Shown here: one piece after another, positions 26,413 through 37,614 of the stretch
Numbering within the stretch: the stretch's first letter is position 1
Layout: each line of letters begins with the position of its first letter
Assembly: GCF_964355755.1 (NCBI RefSeq)
Contig: NC_092676.1
Coordinates: 1,493,788-1,557,787, forward strand
Reading direction: 5' to 3'
DNA: 64,000 nt
DNA from: Antedon mediterranea
Taxonomy: Eukaryota; Animalia; Echinodermata
Made by a program: the position numbers and the translations under genes
Notes under the pieces: generated by a model
Databases searched by the model: none
Told to the model about the DNA's origin: nothing
Seen by the model: the letters and a program-made list of their open reading frames with translations, nothing else

Positions 26413-26475
26413 AGCTTGGTTCTTACTAGGGACGCAGCGCAAGGACTTAAGTGATTTGACCAATCACAAGTGAAG
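26413..26475. mobile_element. Truncated family A MITE
   Basis: AGCTTGGTTCTTACTAGGGACGCAGCGCAAGGAC..TGACCAATCACAAG matches the left arm of family A. Confidence 0.55.
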
Positions 26476-28779
26476 GTATGTACGAACTGCCATGTTGTGT
26501 CTCTTACGTGGTCATACCCAATACCTGTTTCCATGTACATCGTTCTCTGTTCAAAACATAAAAAAAAAATTGCTTCTATTGATCAATGGTTGTAAAATGT
26601 ATTTATCAAATAGAAGAACTTAAGTAAGATTTGCACAAGGATGTACTATAGTACTTGATAGAAATAGATGTATAGGCCTATATCAAGTTTTAGTAAAGAT
26701 TTACTGTAGTTTAACAAAGCATATTCATGTTTTAGTAAATGTAGCTACTAGAAATTCATACTTTTGGTAACAAAGAAACTATTGTATTGAATGACAGAAT
26801 GACAGAAATAAAGAAAGTAAGATTATGTATGTACGTAGATCATAAACACGCATGGTGTATTCAATGTAATATTTGTGTTGGTTTTCAATCATAATTTTTA
26901 TCTGTAAGGCTAAATTTATAACAACTGTTAAGTATACTGTAATGAATTCAAGAACAAATAATAATGTAGACAAATGTTTTTAAATTGTAAATAAGAATAG
27001 AATATTACCTTCATTACCTTTCTTTTTATAAACAGTTGTACAACCAGATTTGTAAGTTGTGAAATTGTTAATTTCTTAACAGGAGTGGCATGCACATGAT
27101 TCTATAACAAACAAAAACCAGAATTATTTCCTAAACAACAAATAGGATTTTTTTGTGGTTAATTCATTCATTCTCGTTATTTCGGATAGAACATCCATAC
27201 ACAAATCATACACAAAACAAACAGAGAAACAATTTCACCAAGAAATTAACAAGATAAAATAAAATGTATTGCAGATATAATTATAAATAACTTTCTCTAC
27301 ATTTTCCTGATCTTTGAAAATGAAGTGTAAATTAGGTCCTGCTCTGTCAAAAGTACCATAGTTGAAAGTCAACCAAAAGGTGACAACTTGGTGATGATGA
27401 TTACGCTAGCTTTTTTACATGTATAAAGAAAAGCAAACTATTCCAGATTCTTGTTTATATCCCTCAAAAGATTAAGTTATAGAAGTCTTGTCCAATTATA
27501 AATTAATTTAATGAAATGTCGTTTTCAATGCCTTGCCCGGGCCTAATTACCTTACCTATTAAAACACTGTACCATGCCATCCATTATGGAAAACCATCCT
27601 TGTTGAAGTAATACTATTAGGTAATTAATTAATTAATTAATTATTTCATCTTCATTATACTGGTGTATTATTATTATGTAATCTTATCTTTATTTTGTAT
27701 TTCAAAATGTATTTGAAATTTAGCCATATTGGCTAAAGTATTGATGGCATATGAGTATCAATAAAATAATTTAATTGATATTGCCAATGAACAGTTCTAT
27801 TGATGCAACAATACAATCTGACTGATGAGAGTGAGGATGAGGATAACCAAACAGAAGGATATGCTTGATTGTATAATTATATATAATTACACAAACCAAG
27901 CTAATAAATTAATATAAAGGACCATACCAGTACAATTTTTTCTTCAAATACATAATAAATAAAATGTTGAGGCCAATTAAAAGCATGTGAAAAGTTAGTT
28001 ACATTGGTCTATGAGTCTTTTCACATTATAACATTTTTTGAGCTTATTTGGCTTTCTTCCAGATTTTGCATCTTATTATTTTGTATACTTCTTACTTTAC
28101 TTATAATCTATAATGGTACAGTATGTATGATGCATTGTGAAATAAAATGAATGAATATATAATATCATTTGTACTATGTATATTTATGCTACATTTATTT
28201 GTGTTTCACAAAATATTCTTAAAAGTTCAGACCTGAATGGACAACTACGCTTATGACAACAAGAAGTCTTTATACTTACGGGTGCTAGCCTGTAGGCAGT
28301 GAAACTTCTGAGAAGGATACAATGCAGCCTCTTTAAAACTTACTGTGTTTTAGTAGTTTCTAACATCTGTTGCATTAGAATACACATACACAACGGCTTC
28401 TCATAAATCAATTTTTCTTGGAGTAAATGTCATCAACTTTGAGCATTCAGATATTTAGTTAAATAATTGGTCAAACATATGAAAACATTAGCTAGAATAT
28501 TAGTGTGTTTTGGTTTTAAACTCCTTTTTGCAGATATCTTTCATCTGAACCTGCAAGAATAAAGATTTACAAATAATATGTTAAATGTATTTATGATATG
28601 ATGAATAATTTATTCATATCATGTGACCAGAAAATGTAATAAGTCCTAAAGGACTGCAACTCATTTTAACATTCTGTAGTTTTATGAAATTTGTTATGAA
28701 ATTCATGATGAAAAAGTCTGTTTACACCATGGACTTTTGCCGTGCTTATTCATTATTCATTACTGTACTGAAATTATTA

Positions 28780-28950
28780 GTAAATATTCTGGAAATTCCC
28801 AAACCTTAGTTTCATAATATGATAATAATACACTCATTTCCTATCCTTCCTTTTTCCGGCATTGCAGTTCAATATAACGTGAGAATACACTGAATAGACG
28901 CATTGAATGTTGAACATCTAAAACAACAGCACCAGGATTTTAAGGTTAGT
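28780..28950 (+). promoter_or_regulatory. Putative promoter and first exon of TRIM-NHL copy 2 with consensus kappaB site
   Basis: GGAAATTCCC at 28791-28800 (reverse complement GGGAATTTCC fits GGGRNWYYCC); CATTTCCT ETS-like motif; donor AAG|GTTAGT at 28945. Confidence 0.55.
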
Positions 28951-29527
28951 AGTAGATCTGAACAATTTTGCTTTAAATTGTTAAATTGTATATTTGTATT
29001 AAAATTGATAAACTATAGCACGACAATGACATAAACCAGTCAGAGTTTACTTAAAAAAGTTTTGGATGGGCCCGGTCCAAATAAGTTTAGATCATCACTT
29101 TGTGGTTTGATGTAATTCAGGACATTAGACTTCACCTTTATTTGTATCTTGCAACCGGGTTCGTGTGTTAATATTAAAAAAAAGTCTAAAGAAAGCTTTA
29201 GACTTGTGTTCTGCTGATAAGCAAATACTTGTATACTTTAAATTCAATAATTTGAACCTACCAAATTCAATTCTACAAAATGTATGTCTTTGTGACCAAA
29301 GGTCAAAGGTTGTATAAGGCCAGCAAATGGCACTATACACTATTTGGAAAGTACTTCAGATTCTCAGTTAATGCAAAGTTAATTTTCATTATATTAAACA
29401 TCAACATTTTTTGTCTAGGTAATTTTTTGATAGTCAATATGTGATAATAGCTAAGAAAACATACTGAATTGCAGTGTGATGTGATTTACTAAGCTTTTAT
29501 TTTTTCTTATTGACATATTTTTTACAG

Positions 29528-31650
29528 ATGTCAGAACAAAAAGCAATTTTAGACAAGAAGAATCTTGAATGTGCAATCTGTCTAGAAAGATTCACAGAAC
29601 CAAAAACACTTGAGTGTCTCCATAGTTACTGTCTTCATTGCCTGCAGAGTTTGATGAAAACAAGTGCCAAATTAAAATGTCCAAAATGCTATAAGATGTA
29701 TGATGACCTAAATCAAGTTGATTTGAAAGATCTTACTACCAATGAAATGTTAAGTTATGAAGTTGAGCATTTTAAGAAGATTGAATCAGAAAAACCATCA
29801 ACTTGCTCAAGCTGTGATAATCCACCTGAATACTACTGCTCTGAATGTCAAATGTATCTATGTGGTCAATGTACCCAAGATCATAAGAAATTCCCTGTAT
29901 TGAAAGACCATTTACTGTACACACTAGATAAAAATGTTGAAGATGATTTGGCAAATAAATGTAAAATCCATGAAGACTGCATGCTTGAATTTTATTGTAG
30001 AACTTGCTCTGAAGATGGATGTAAGAAATGTGAACATGTTCTTTGTTGTTACCAAAATGAACATAATGTGATTCCATTCAAGATCGCTGTCGATGAGGTT
30101 AATCAGGACACTGAGGAAATCAAAAACAAACTAAAAGGAACACGTGATACAATAACTAAACACATTTCTGATTTTGAATCTCGAATACAAATATGCAAAA
30201 CAGCGATTGGGTTACAAGAAGAAAACATTATTAAAAAAATTCAGGAAAAAAGCAGAGCACTGATGGCAGATCTTGACAAGATTGAAACAGAAAATAAAGA
30301 AGTTGTTGTTGATGTAGTGAAACAAATTGATTTAAAATTGTCCAAAGTTAATGAGATGTTCCCATTAATGAATACAAGGAACAAACAAGATGAAACACAT
30401 CATGAGGCAAATGTCAATGCTTTTAGAGAAGAAGATTGGAAAACCACTTTAGATGAAATAATTTTAAGAATAAATGCGCCTAGTTTCATTCCATCTAAAA
30501 ACTTGGACAGAGTTATAAATTTAGAAGGCATTGGTAAAATTGTGAATGCTGAATGTACATATGCGGTTGCTGAAGTTGATGAATCTATTACAGTAACCAA
30601 AGAACAGTCATTTGCAGTAAGAGTGGTTTCAAGTTTAGCAGGAAGTGAGACATCTTTATTGCATGCCACTATAATCAACGAATCAGGTAAAGAATCAGCC
30701 ACTGAAGTGAAACACCATGGAAATAGAGTGTACAAAATAACAGGAAGATGTCCTAAAGAAGGAGACTGGAAGATGAAGATCATTGCTAGAGGAGAAAAAA
30801 TCAAAGGATCACCAGTTGATATCAAGGTGGAAGCACTAGGACTAGTACATACCATTGATAACATACAACACCTACGATTACATCAGCACAATGTAAAAGA
30901 TGTCATACTAGATAAAGATGGATGTATAATTGTATCAAGTCATAGTAAATATTTATTGAAGCTTAACAAAGAATATTCATTTATTGGTAGAATAGAGGTA
31001 CCACAAGATGTACAGGTTGATCAGATGCATCAGATGGGTGATGGTCAAATTGTCTATAGTGATTTCTTAAACAATACTGTTGTTATGTGTGATGATAAAT
31101 TTCAACAAATTATTCGTATATTTGGTAAAGGAAAAATAAAACATCCATGTGGATTGACATTAAATAAAAAAAAACTAGAACCATGTATGTTGCAGATTGG
31201 GAATGTCATTGTGTGTTTAAATTTAATGTTGATAATGGTGAATGCATTGGCACAATAGGTTCAGAAGGCACCAAAGGTGGCCAAATGGTTAAGCCATGTA
31301 GTGTTACTCTTACAAAAGAAGGAAACCCAATTGTTGCAGACTGGGAGACTCACAGAATACAAATGTTTGATGCAAATGATAAGTTTATGAGAATTCTTGT
31401 TTGTAGAGGTCATGAAGATGGCCATGTTTTACACCCTGATTATGTAGCCATAGATTCTGAGGAAAACATACTGGTAGTAACTAAAGACAAAGTACAATTA
31501 TTTGATCAAAATGGGGCTTTTATCAGACGAATTGATGATGGTTGCTTTACTTCTCTTTTTGGAATTGAAATAATGACTAATCAACCAAGAATGATAGTAG
31601 TTACCACAACAAACAATGAAAAAGACAATTTAAAAATATATAATTATTAA
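29528..31650 (+). pseudogene. TRIM-NHL paralog 2, frameshifted in the NHL domain (pseudogene or homopolymer error)
   Basis: RING CAIC..CLHSYCLHC..CPKC, B-boxes and filamin are present. The A9 run at 31166-31174 is 2 nt longer than the paralog sequence AAGGAAA; the rest of the protein is in ORF 31183-31650 ending KIYNY. Confidence 0.8.
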
Positions 31651-32281
31651 AAACACATTATCTTACTTCAATATTCTAGTCGAAGAAATCAAAGTGGGCA
31701 AAATTTGCTAAAACAAAAATAAAACATGATATTTAGAGAAATATCAAAACTATAGGTCACTGTATATAAATAACATCACTGAAATTGTATTACAATTGTA
31801 AGGTAAGTCTCACATTTTATATTCAATATGTGACAATTAAAGTATGTCTATGTTTATGACAAGTAAACAATTCATTTAGAAGATGATGTCATAATCATCA
31901 GATCCCTAAATTATCAAACGTAAATATGAGTAAATAGGTGGTTTGTATAACCGGTGATTGTCACATCATTAGTGATTTCTTAAAACAAACTAATTTCTGA
32001 TTGTAAATTTGAATCTTGATAATGGTGACTTTCTTGGTTTATTTTATTTACCTTTCAAAAGGCTGTAACCTCAGAACAAATGTCATTACCAAAAAAAAAG
32101 CATTACCATTTATTCATTAACTTTTTTTATATTATATGTAATGTAATGATAATGAACATGAGTCATTTTCAAGTGACATTTTTTAAGTCACTATAGACTA
32201 CAAATCTACGTTTTCTTTTAACCATTTTTCTATCACTTGTCAAAATATAAAGTTAGATTGTTAAAAGTGTACATAGAATTA

Positions 32282-32379
32282 TTAGTCACAGCTCACTATG
32301 TCGGTCGGTCAGTTGGTCGGTTGGTAAACACTAACTCAAATTTGAGCATGCGACTGCAGCCATGTATATGGCCTAGTTT
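32282..32379 (+). mobile_element. Minimal HINE/DINE-1-like element
   Basis: (GTCG)n-like microsatellite, AGTC../..GACT subterminal inverted motif, 3' hairpin GCCAT-gtat-ATGGC followed by CTAGTTT. Confidence 0.45.
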
Positions 32380-33764
32380 ATGAATGTGTATGTTTTCCTG
32401 CAAGTAGATTACCACCAATTATAGATATGATTCTATTCCATCTTGGCAATTTATGACAAGATTCTCTAATATTGCTAATAAATAAACATTCTTATATTAA
32501 TACAAAGTTTAACTGCAACTGAAGGAATGAATTAAATGTATAATATTAAATATTGTTTGTACTTTGTGTTTCATTTATTTGTGTTTATTGTTTGAACAAA
32601 TATTTAAATTTATTATTTTTTCAATTTTTCATTTCAATATGGCAATGCAAGAAGTTTCTTTATCTATAGAGATGTCAAAAAGTTGTAAAGAATACATAGT
32701 AGCTTCTTGTAAATCCATCTAAAATCTTCCATTGAATTAGAATATGTTGCGCCCGTAAAGCCTTTTAATACAAGGATGATAACAATGACAATGATTAGAT
32801 AAATACCTTTTCTACAGAAAAAAAAATTAATCAGAAAAGTTTTCATCCTAGAACTATACCATAACCATGTATATTGTCTTGAAAATAAAATTTGAACAAA
32901 TCAAATGACATCATGATTCTCTGATTAATATAATAATTGCTTATCAATAATCATTCTTATTAATATAAGCTGAACTGCTGGTTTGAAAGAACGTTCTTAA
33001 ACTCCAAACAAATCTTTGCAGATATCATTCATAACCCCACAAAGTACTGTAATATTTTCTTAATATTATCATATTATCTAATAAGCAACTCAGTCGCAAT
33101 AAAGCATACAACCACCAAATATAGGTATCAGTACCACAGATTTCAAATATGAATTCAAGTTTTAATGATTTATTTTTTAGATTATAATATTTCTAATGAT
33201 TTTTATGATTCCTTATTTTAATAATTATTCATTGGCATCATACAATATAGGTAGTAAAATAAATTCAGTCCTTTTTTGTATCTGTTTTTATAGATGCATA
33301 TGGTAACATTTCGAACATCAAATCCATAATCCTCACTCGGGCCCAAATTTGTTGTCAACATCTGGAATAAACCAACTGTAACAGTACCAAATCAATAATT
33401 TGATTGATTTCATTGTACTGACCAATCAGCTTCTTGGACAGTTAACAATGTATATCATAATACAGTAGACTGTAGACTACAAATAATCACTTCCTTCTCA
33501 TCGCATTTGGACTAATGCTTCCATTGTAAAAGAAAAACTAGAACGTAAACGTAAGTGTAACACTTTAAAATGTTTAGAATGTTTAATTTGTTGTTAGTTT
33601 GTATCAATTGTAATAACTGTTTTTAAAGTTACAGAGATAATACTGAATATTTTAGAAATACCAACAAAATATGTTTAGAACACAACATCTTTCATACGGC
33701 ATTAACATAATCATATGCTAGATACTGTTGAGACATACAGTACATTTGTTTTATTTTTTTATAG

Positions 33765-35927
33765 ATGACGGAACAAAAAGCATTTCAGTTTTTAGATAAA
33801 AATGATCTTGAATGTGCAATCTGTCTAGAAAGACTGACAGAACCAAAAACACTTGAGTGTCTCCATAGTTACTGTCTTCATTGCCTGCAGAGTTTGATTA
33901 AAACAAGCGGCAAAATAAAATGTCCAAAATGCTGTAAGATGTATGATGACCTAAATCAATTTGACTTGAAAAATCTTACTAGCAATGAAATGTTAAGCTA
34001 TCAAGTTGAGTATGTTAAGAAGATTGAAAAAGAAAAACCATCAACATGTTTAAGCTGTGATGATAACCAACCTGAATACTACTGCTCTGATTGTCAACTG
34101 TATTTATGTGGACAATGCATCCATCAGCATGAAATAATCCCTTTATTGAAAAACCATTCACTGTACACATTGGATAAAAATGAGGAAGATGATCTGCTAC
34201 ATAAATGTAAAAATCATGGAACCTGCATCCTTGAATTTTATTGTAAAACTTGTTCTAAAAGTGGATGTAACAAATGTGAACATGTTCTTTGTTGTTATCA
34301 AAATGAACATAATGTGATTCCATTCAAGATTGCTGTAGATGAGTTCAATCAGAATGCTACAGAAGTTAAGAAAAGTGCTGAAGAAATTAAAGACAAACTG
34401 AAAGCAGCCCGTGGTATTATAACTAAACAAAGTTCAGACTCTGCATCGAGAATACAAATATGCAGAACAGCAATTGATTTACAAGAAAAAAATATGATCA
34501 AAAAGATTCAGGAAAAAAGTAGAGCAATGATAACAGATCTTGACAAGATTTCCAAAGAAGATAAAGAACTTGCTGATGACAGAGTTAGAAATATTGATTC
34601 AAAGTTGTTGAAATTTGACGAGATTTTGCCAATAATTGACACAATGATGAACCAACCAGAAGAAAGAGAAACACTTAAATCTCACGAAGCAAATATCAAT
34701 GCTGCTAAAGATGAGTTTTCGAAAACCAATTTTGATGAATCATCAACTTTAAGAATAAATGCGCCTAGTTTCATTCCATCTAAAAACTTGGACAGAGTTA
34801 TAAATTTAGAAGGCATTGGTAAAATTGCGAATGCTGAATGTACATATGAAGTTGCTGAAGATAAAGTACCTATTACAGTCACAAAGGGACAGTCATTTGA
34901 GGTAAGAGTAGTTTCAAGTTCAGCAGGAAGTGAGAAATCTCTACAAATGTATGCCAGTTTATTTAATGAATCAGGTGAAAAATCAGCCATTGAAGTAAAA
35001 CACCAGAGAAGTGGAGACTACAAAATAAAAGGAAGATGCCATAAAGAAGGAGATTGGAAGATGATGATAACTGCTAGAGGAGAACAAATCAAAGGATCAC
35101 CAGTGGATATCAAGGTGGAAGCACTAGGTCTTGTACATACCATTGATGTACAATGCCTACAATTAGATAACAATGACATAGTAGTAAAAGATGTCATACT
35201 AGATAAAGATGGATGTATAATTGTATCTAGTCTTAATAAACATTTATTGAAGTTCAACCAAGAATATTCATTTATCGGTAGAATAGAGGTACCAGAAGAT
35301 GTAGAAGTTTTTCTTATGCATCAAATGGGCGATGGTCACATTGTGTACAGTGATTACCTGAACAATACTGTTGTTAAGTGTGATGATCAATTTCAACAAA
35401 TGGGTACATTTGGTAAGGGAACATTAAAATATCCACATGGCTTGACAGTGAATAAGCAAACTAGGATTATGTATGTGGCTGATAGACAATCCCATTGTGT
35501 GTTTAGATTTAATATTGATAACGGTATACTTCTTGGTCAAATTGGTTCAATAGGTAGAAAAAAAGGCAAAATGAAACAACCATATGGTGTCACTCTTACA
35601 AAAGAAGAGAATGTGATAATTACAGACTATGGAAATAACAGAATACAAATGTTTGATGCAAATGGTAATATAATGAGAATTCTTGTAGGCAGTGGTAATA
35701 AAGATGGTCATGTTCTTAAACCTCGTCATGTAGCTATAGATTCTGAGGAAAACATGTTAGTATCAAGTGATCACAAATTGCAATTATTTGATAAAAACGG
35801 GGTTTTTATCAAACGAATAGATGATGGTGGATTAAGTATTCCCTGTGGATTAAGCTTAATCTCCAACAGACCAAGAAGGGTAGCCGTAGTAAACCAGGGT
35901 AACAATGTAAAAATATATAATTATTGA
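33765..35927 (+). CDS. TRIM-NHL E3 ubiquitin ligase paralog 3 (RING, B-box x2, coiled coil, filamin, NHL; TRIM2/3/71/56-like), 720 aa
   Basis: Intact single-exon ORF after the acceptor ATAG|ATG; C3HC4 RING, two B-boxes, filamin repeat, NHL repeats (YPHGLTVN, QPYGVTL..ITDYGNNRIQMFD). Confidence 0.92.
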   Translation: MTEQKAFQFLDKNDLECAICLERLTEPKTLECLHSYCLHCLQSLIKTSGKIKCPKCCKMYDDLNQFDLKNLTSNEMLSYQVEYVKKIEKEKPSTCLSCDDNQPEYYCSDCQLYLCGQCIHQHEIIPLLKNHSLYTLDKNEEDDLLHKCKNHGTCILEFYCKTCSKSGCNKCEHVLCCYQNEHNVIPFKIAVDEFNQNATEVKKSAEEIKDKLKAARGIITKQSSDSASRIQICRTAIDLQEKNMIKKIQEKSRAMITDLDKISKEDKELADDRVRNIDSKLLKFDEILPIIDTMMNQPEERETLKSHEANINAAKDEFSKTNFDESSTLRINAPSFIPSKNLDRVINLEGIGKIANAECTYEVAEDKVPITVTKGQSFEVRVVSSSAGSEKSLQMYASLFNESGEKSAIEVKHQRSGDYKIKGRCHKEGDWKMMITARGEQIKGSPVDIKVEALGLVHTIDVQCLQLDNNDIVVKDVILDKDGCIIVSSLNKHLLKFNQEYSFIGRIEVPEDVEVFLMHQMGDGHIVYSDYLNNTVVKCDDQFQQMGTFGKGTLKYPHGLTVNKQTRIMYVADRQSHCVFRFNIDNGILLGQIGSIGRKKGKMKQPYGVTLTKEENVIITDYGNNRIQMFDANGNIMRILVGSGNKDGHVLKPRHVAIDSEENMLVSSDHKLQLFDKNGVFIKRIDDGGLSIPCGLSLISNRPRRVAVVNQGNNVKIYNY

Positions 35928-37614
35928 ACAATTTAATTATTTGTCACCGTCAACATAATATGCAGCTGTTGTTTTTTTTCCCAGCTATTTTAAATAATAA
36001 TAATAGGATCAATTTGATTATTTTACTAAAAACAAGGAAATTCACCATATTATTTTTGCTTAGAAAGTAAATCATTGAAACTTGAAATTGAGAATAATAT
36101 TAAAGTTCAACATAGAATGATAGCTGGCTTACTTCACATTTTTTTGGAGTTTTATATTATCATATAGTAATCTACTATTCAAACATTATCAACAATTCTC
36201 TTTTCTTATTTTATTATTCTCAAGCAACTGAAACAAATTCATATAAATAGTAATATTTTTGTTGATATTTCATTATGATATCAACCATTTGTTAATGGTC
36301 TCACCCAATTTATCTCCCATAGAACCAATTAATCAGCTTTGCGGACAGAACAAACGTTGGACTACAGACTATAGTTTTCCTTTTTCATTGCATTTGGAAT
36401 AAAGCACACTCAGCTCCCATTGTATAAGCAATACACAAACGCAAGTAATAATAGGCCAACTATATAAAAAAAATGCTCTCAAATTCAAATTTTGTATCAA
36501 GTAGAAATAGAAAAAGAAACATAGTTGTCTATAGTTATTCCAACTGGGATTTTTCAATTATAGTTTACCACGTTATAATCTGCTTTTGCTTTTGCTAGAT
36601 CAATAAAATACATTGTCGCGGAAGCTAGCAGCTGTCACTATAATGAAAACATTTTGGAAAGTCCAACTGAACTATTTTTGGAATATGACATCATCCCTTT
36701 CAGGCTCCGTTGAGTAAACATTTTTGATTTTATAAATGGGACTCGTTTCTGCTGCGAGAAAATGCAGTAAAGAGGAAAATACTGCAGTATGTGTATGAAT
36801 TACCTTTATTTTTGGCAGCAGGAACAAGACAAATTTTAAATAGCTGTTTAAATGGTGCTCTCAAAATAATAAAAACATTCATACACATCCAAGGGTAATG
36901 TCAATTAAACGGTTCATACTGTAAAAAGATCTACAACAAATCTTGATGTTTTGTCCGCCTGAGCATATTGCATTTTTATGTAAAATATATAGATATTTAC
37001 ATAAAACAGATCATGGCCCAAACTTTTTAGCATAAATCTCAATTTCCAGGCATTTATATTTGCTTAATATTAAAGAAAATATTTTTAGCATTTTGTATAT
37101 AAATTGTGATTGTCAAAAATGTTTAGGTCAATAACTATATTATCAGTCAGAAATGTTGGCCAACTCTGACGTAATTGTACTGAATGCTCATATGTTGGTG
37201 AAGTATCCACTGCTTCATTGGGCTTTTAAATATACTAAGGTTGAACTATAAAAGCCAGGCTTTAAATTAAAGTTTTCGCAAAGTGTTTCAGTCACACTAA
37301 CATTCAGGACAATACACAAAACAATAGCAATAGTGGTAATCTATTGAATAATGGACTAATCGACTAACTATGTACTTACACAGTTGCCACATCCCAATGT
37401 ATAACCATCTTCATTAAGTACAAATAACCTTATAAAATGCAACTTCAAATTGTCAAAATTATTACCAAAAAAATCCCAAACTTTATGGTAAAACATTCAG
37501 CATACAAAAGTATTTAGGTATCTGCTTATGAGAAATTTCACCACAGGCAGAATCGATTGTAGATTTTCATGAAATTTAGATAGCTCACAGATGTTCTTTT
37601 TGTTTTTTACACAG

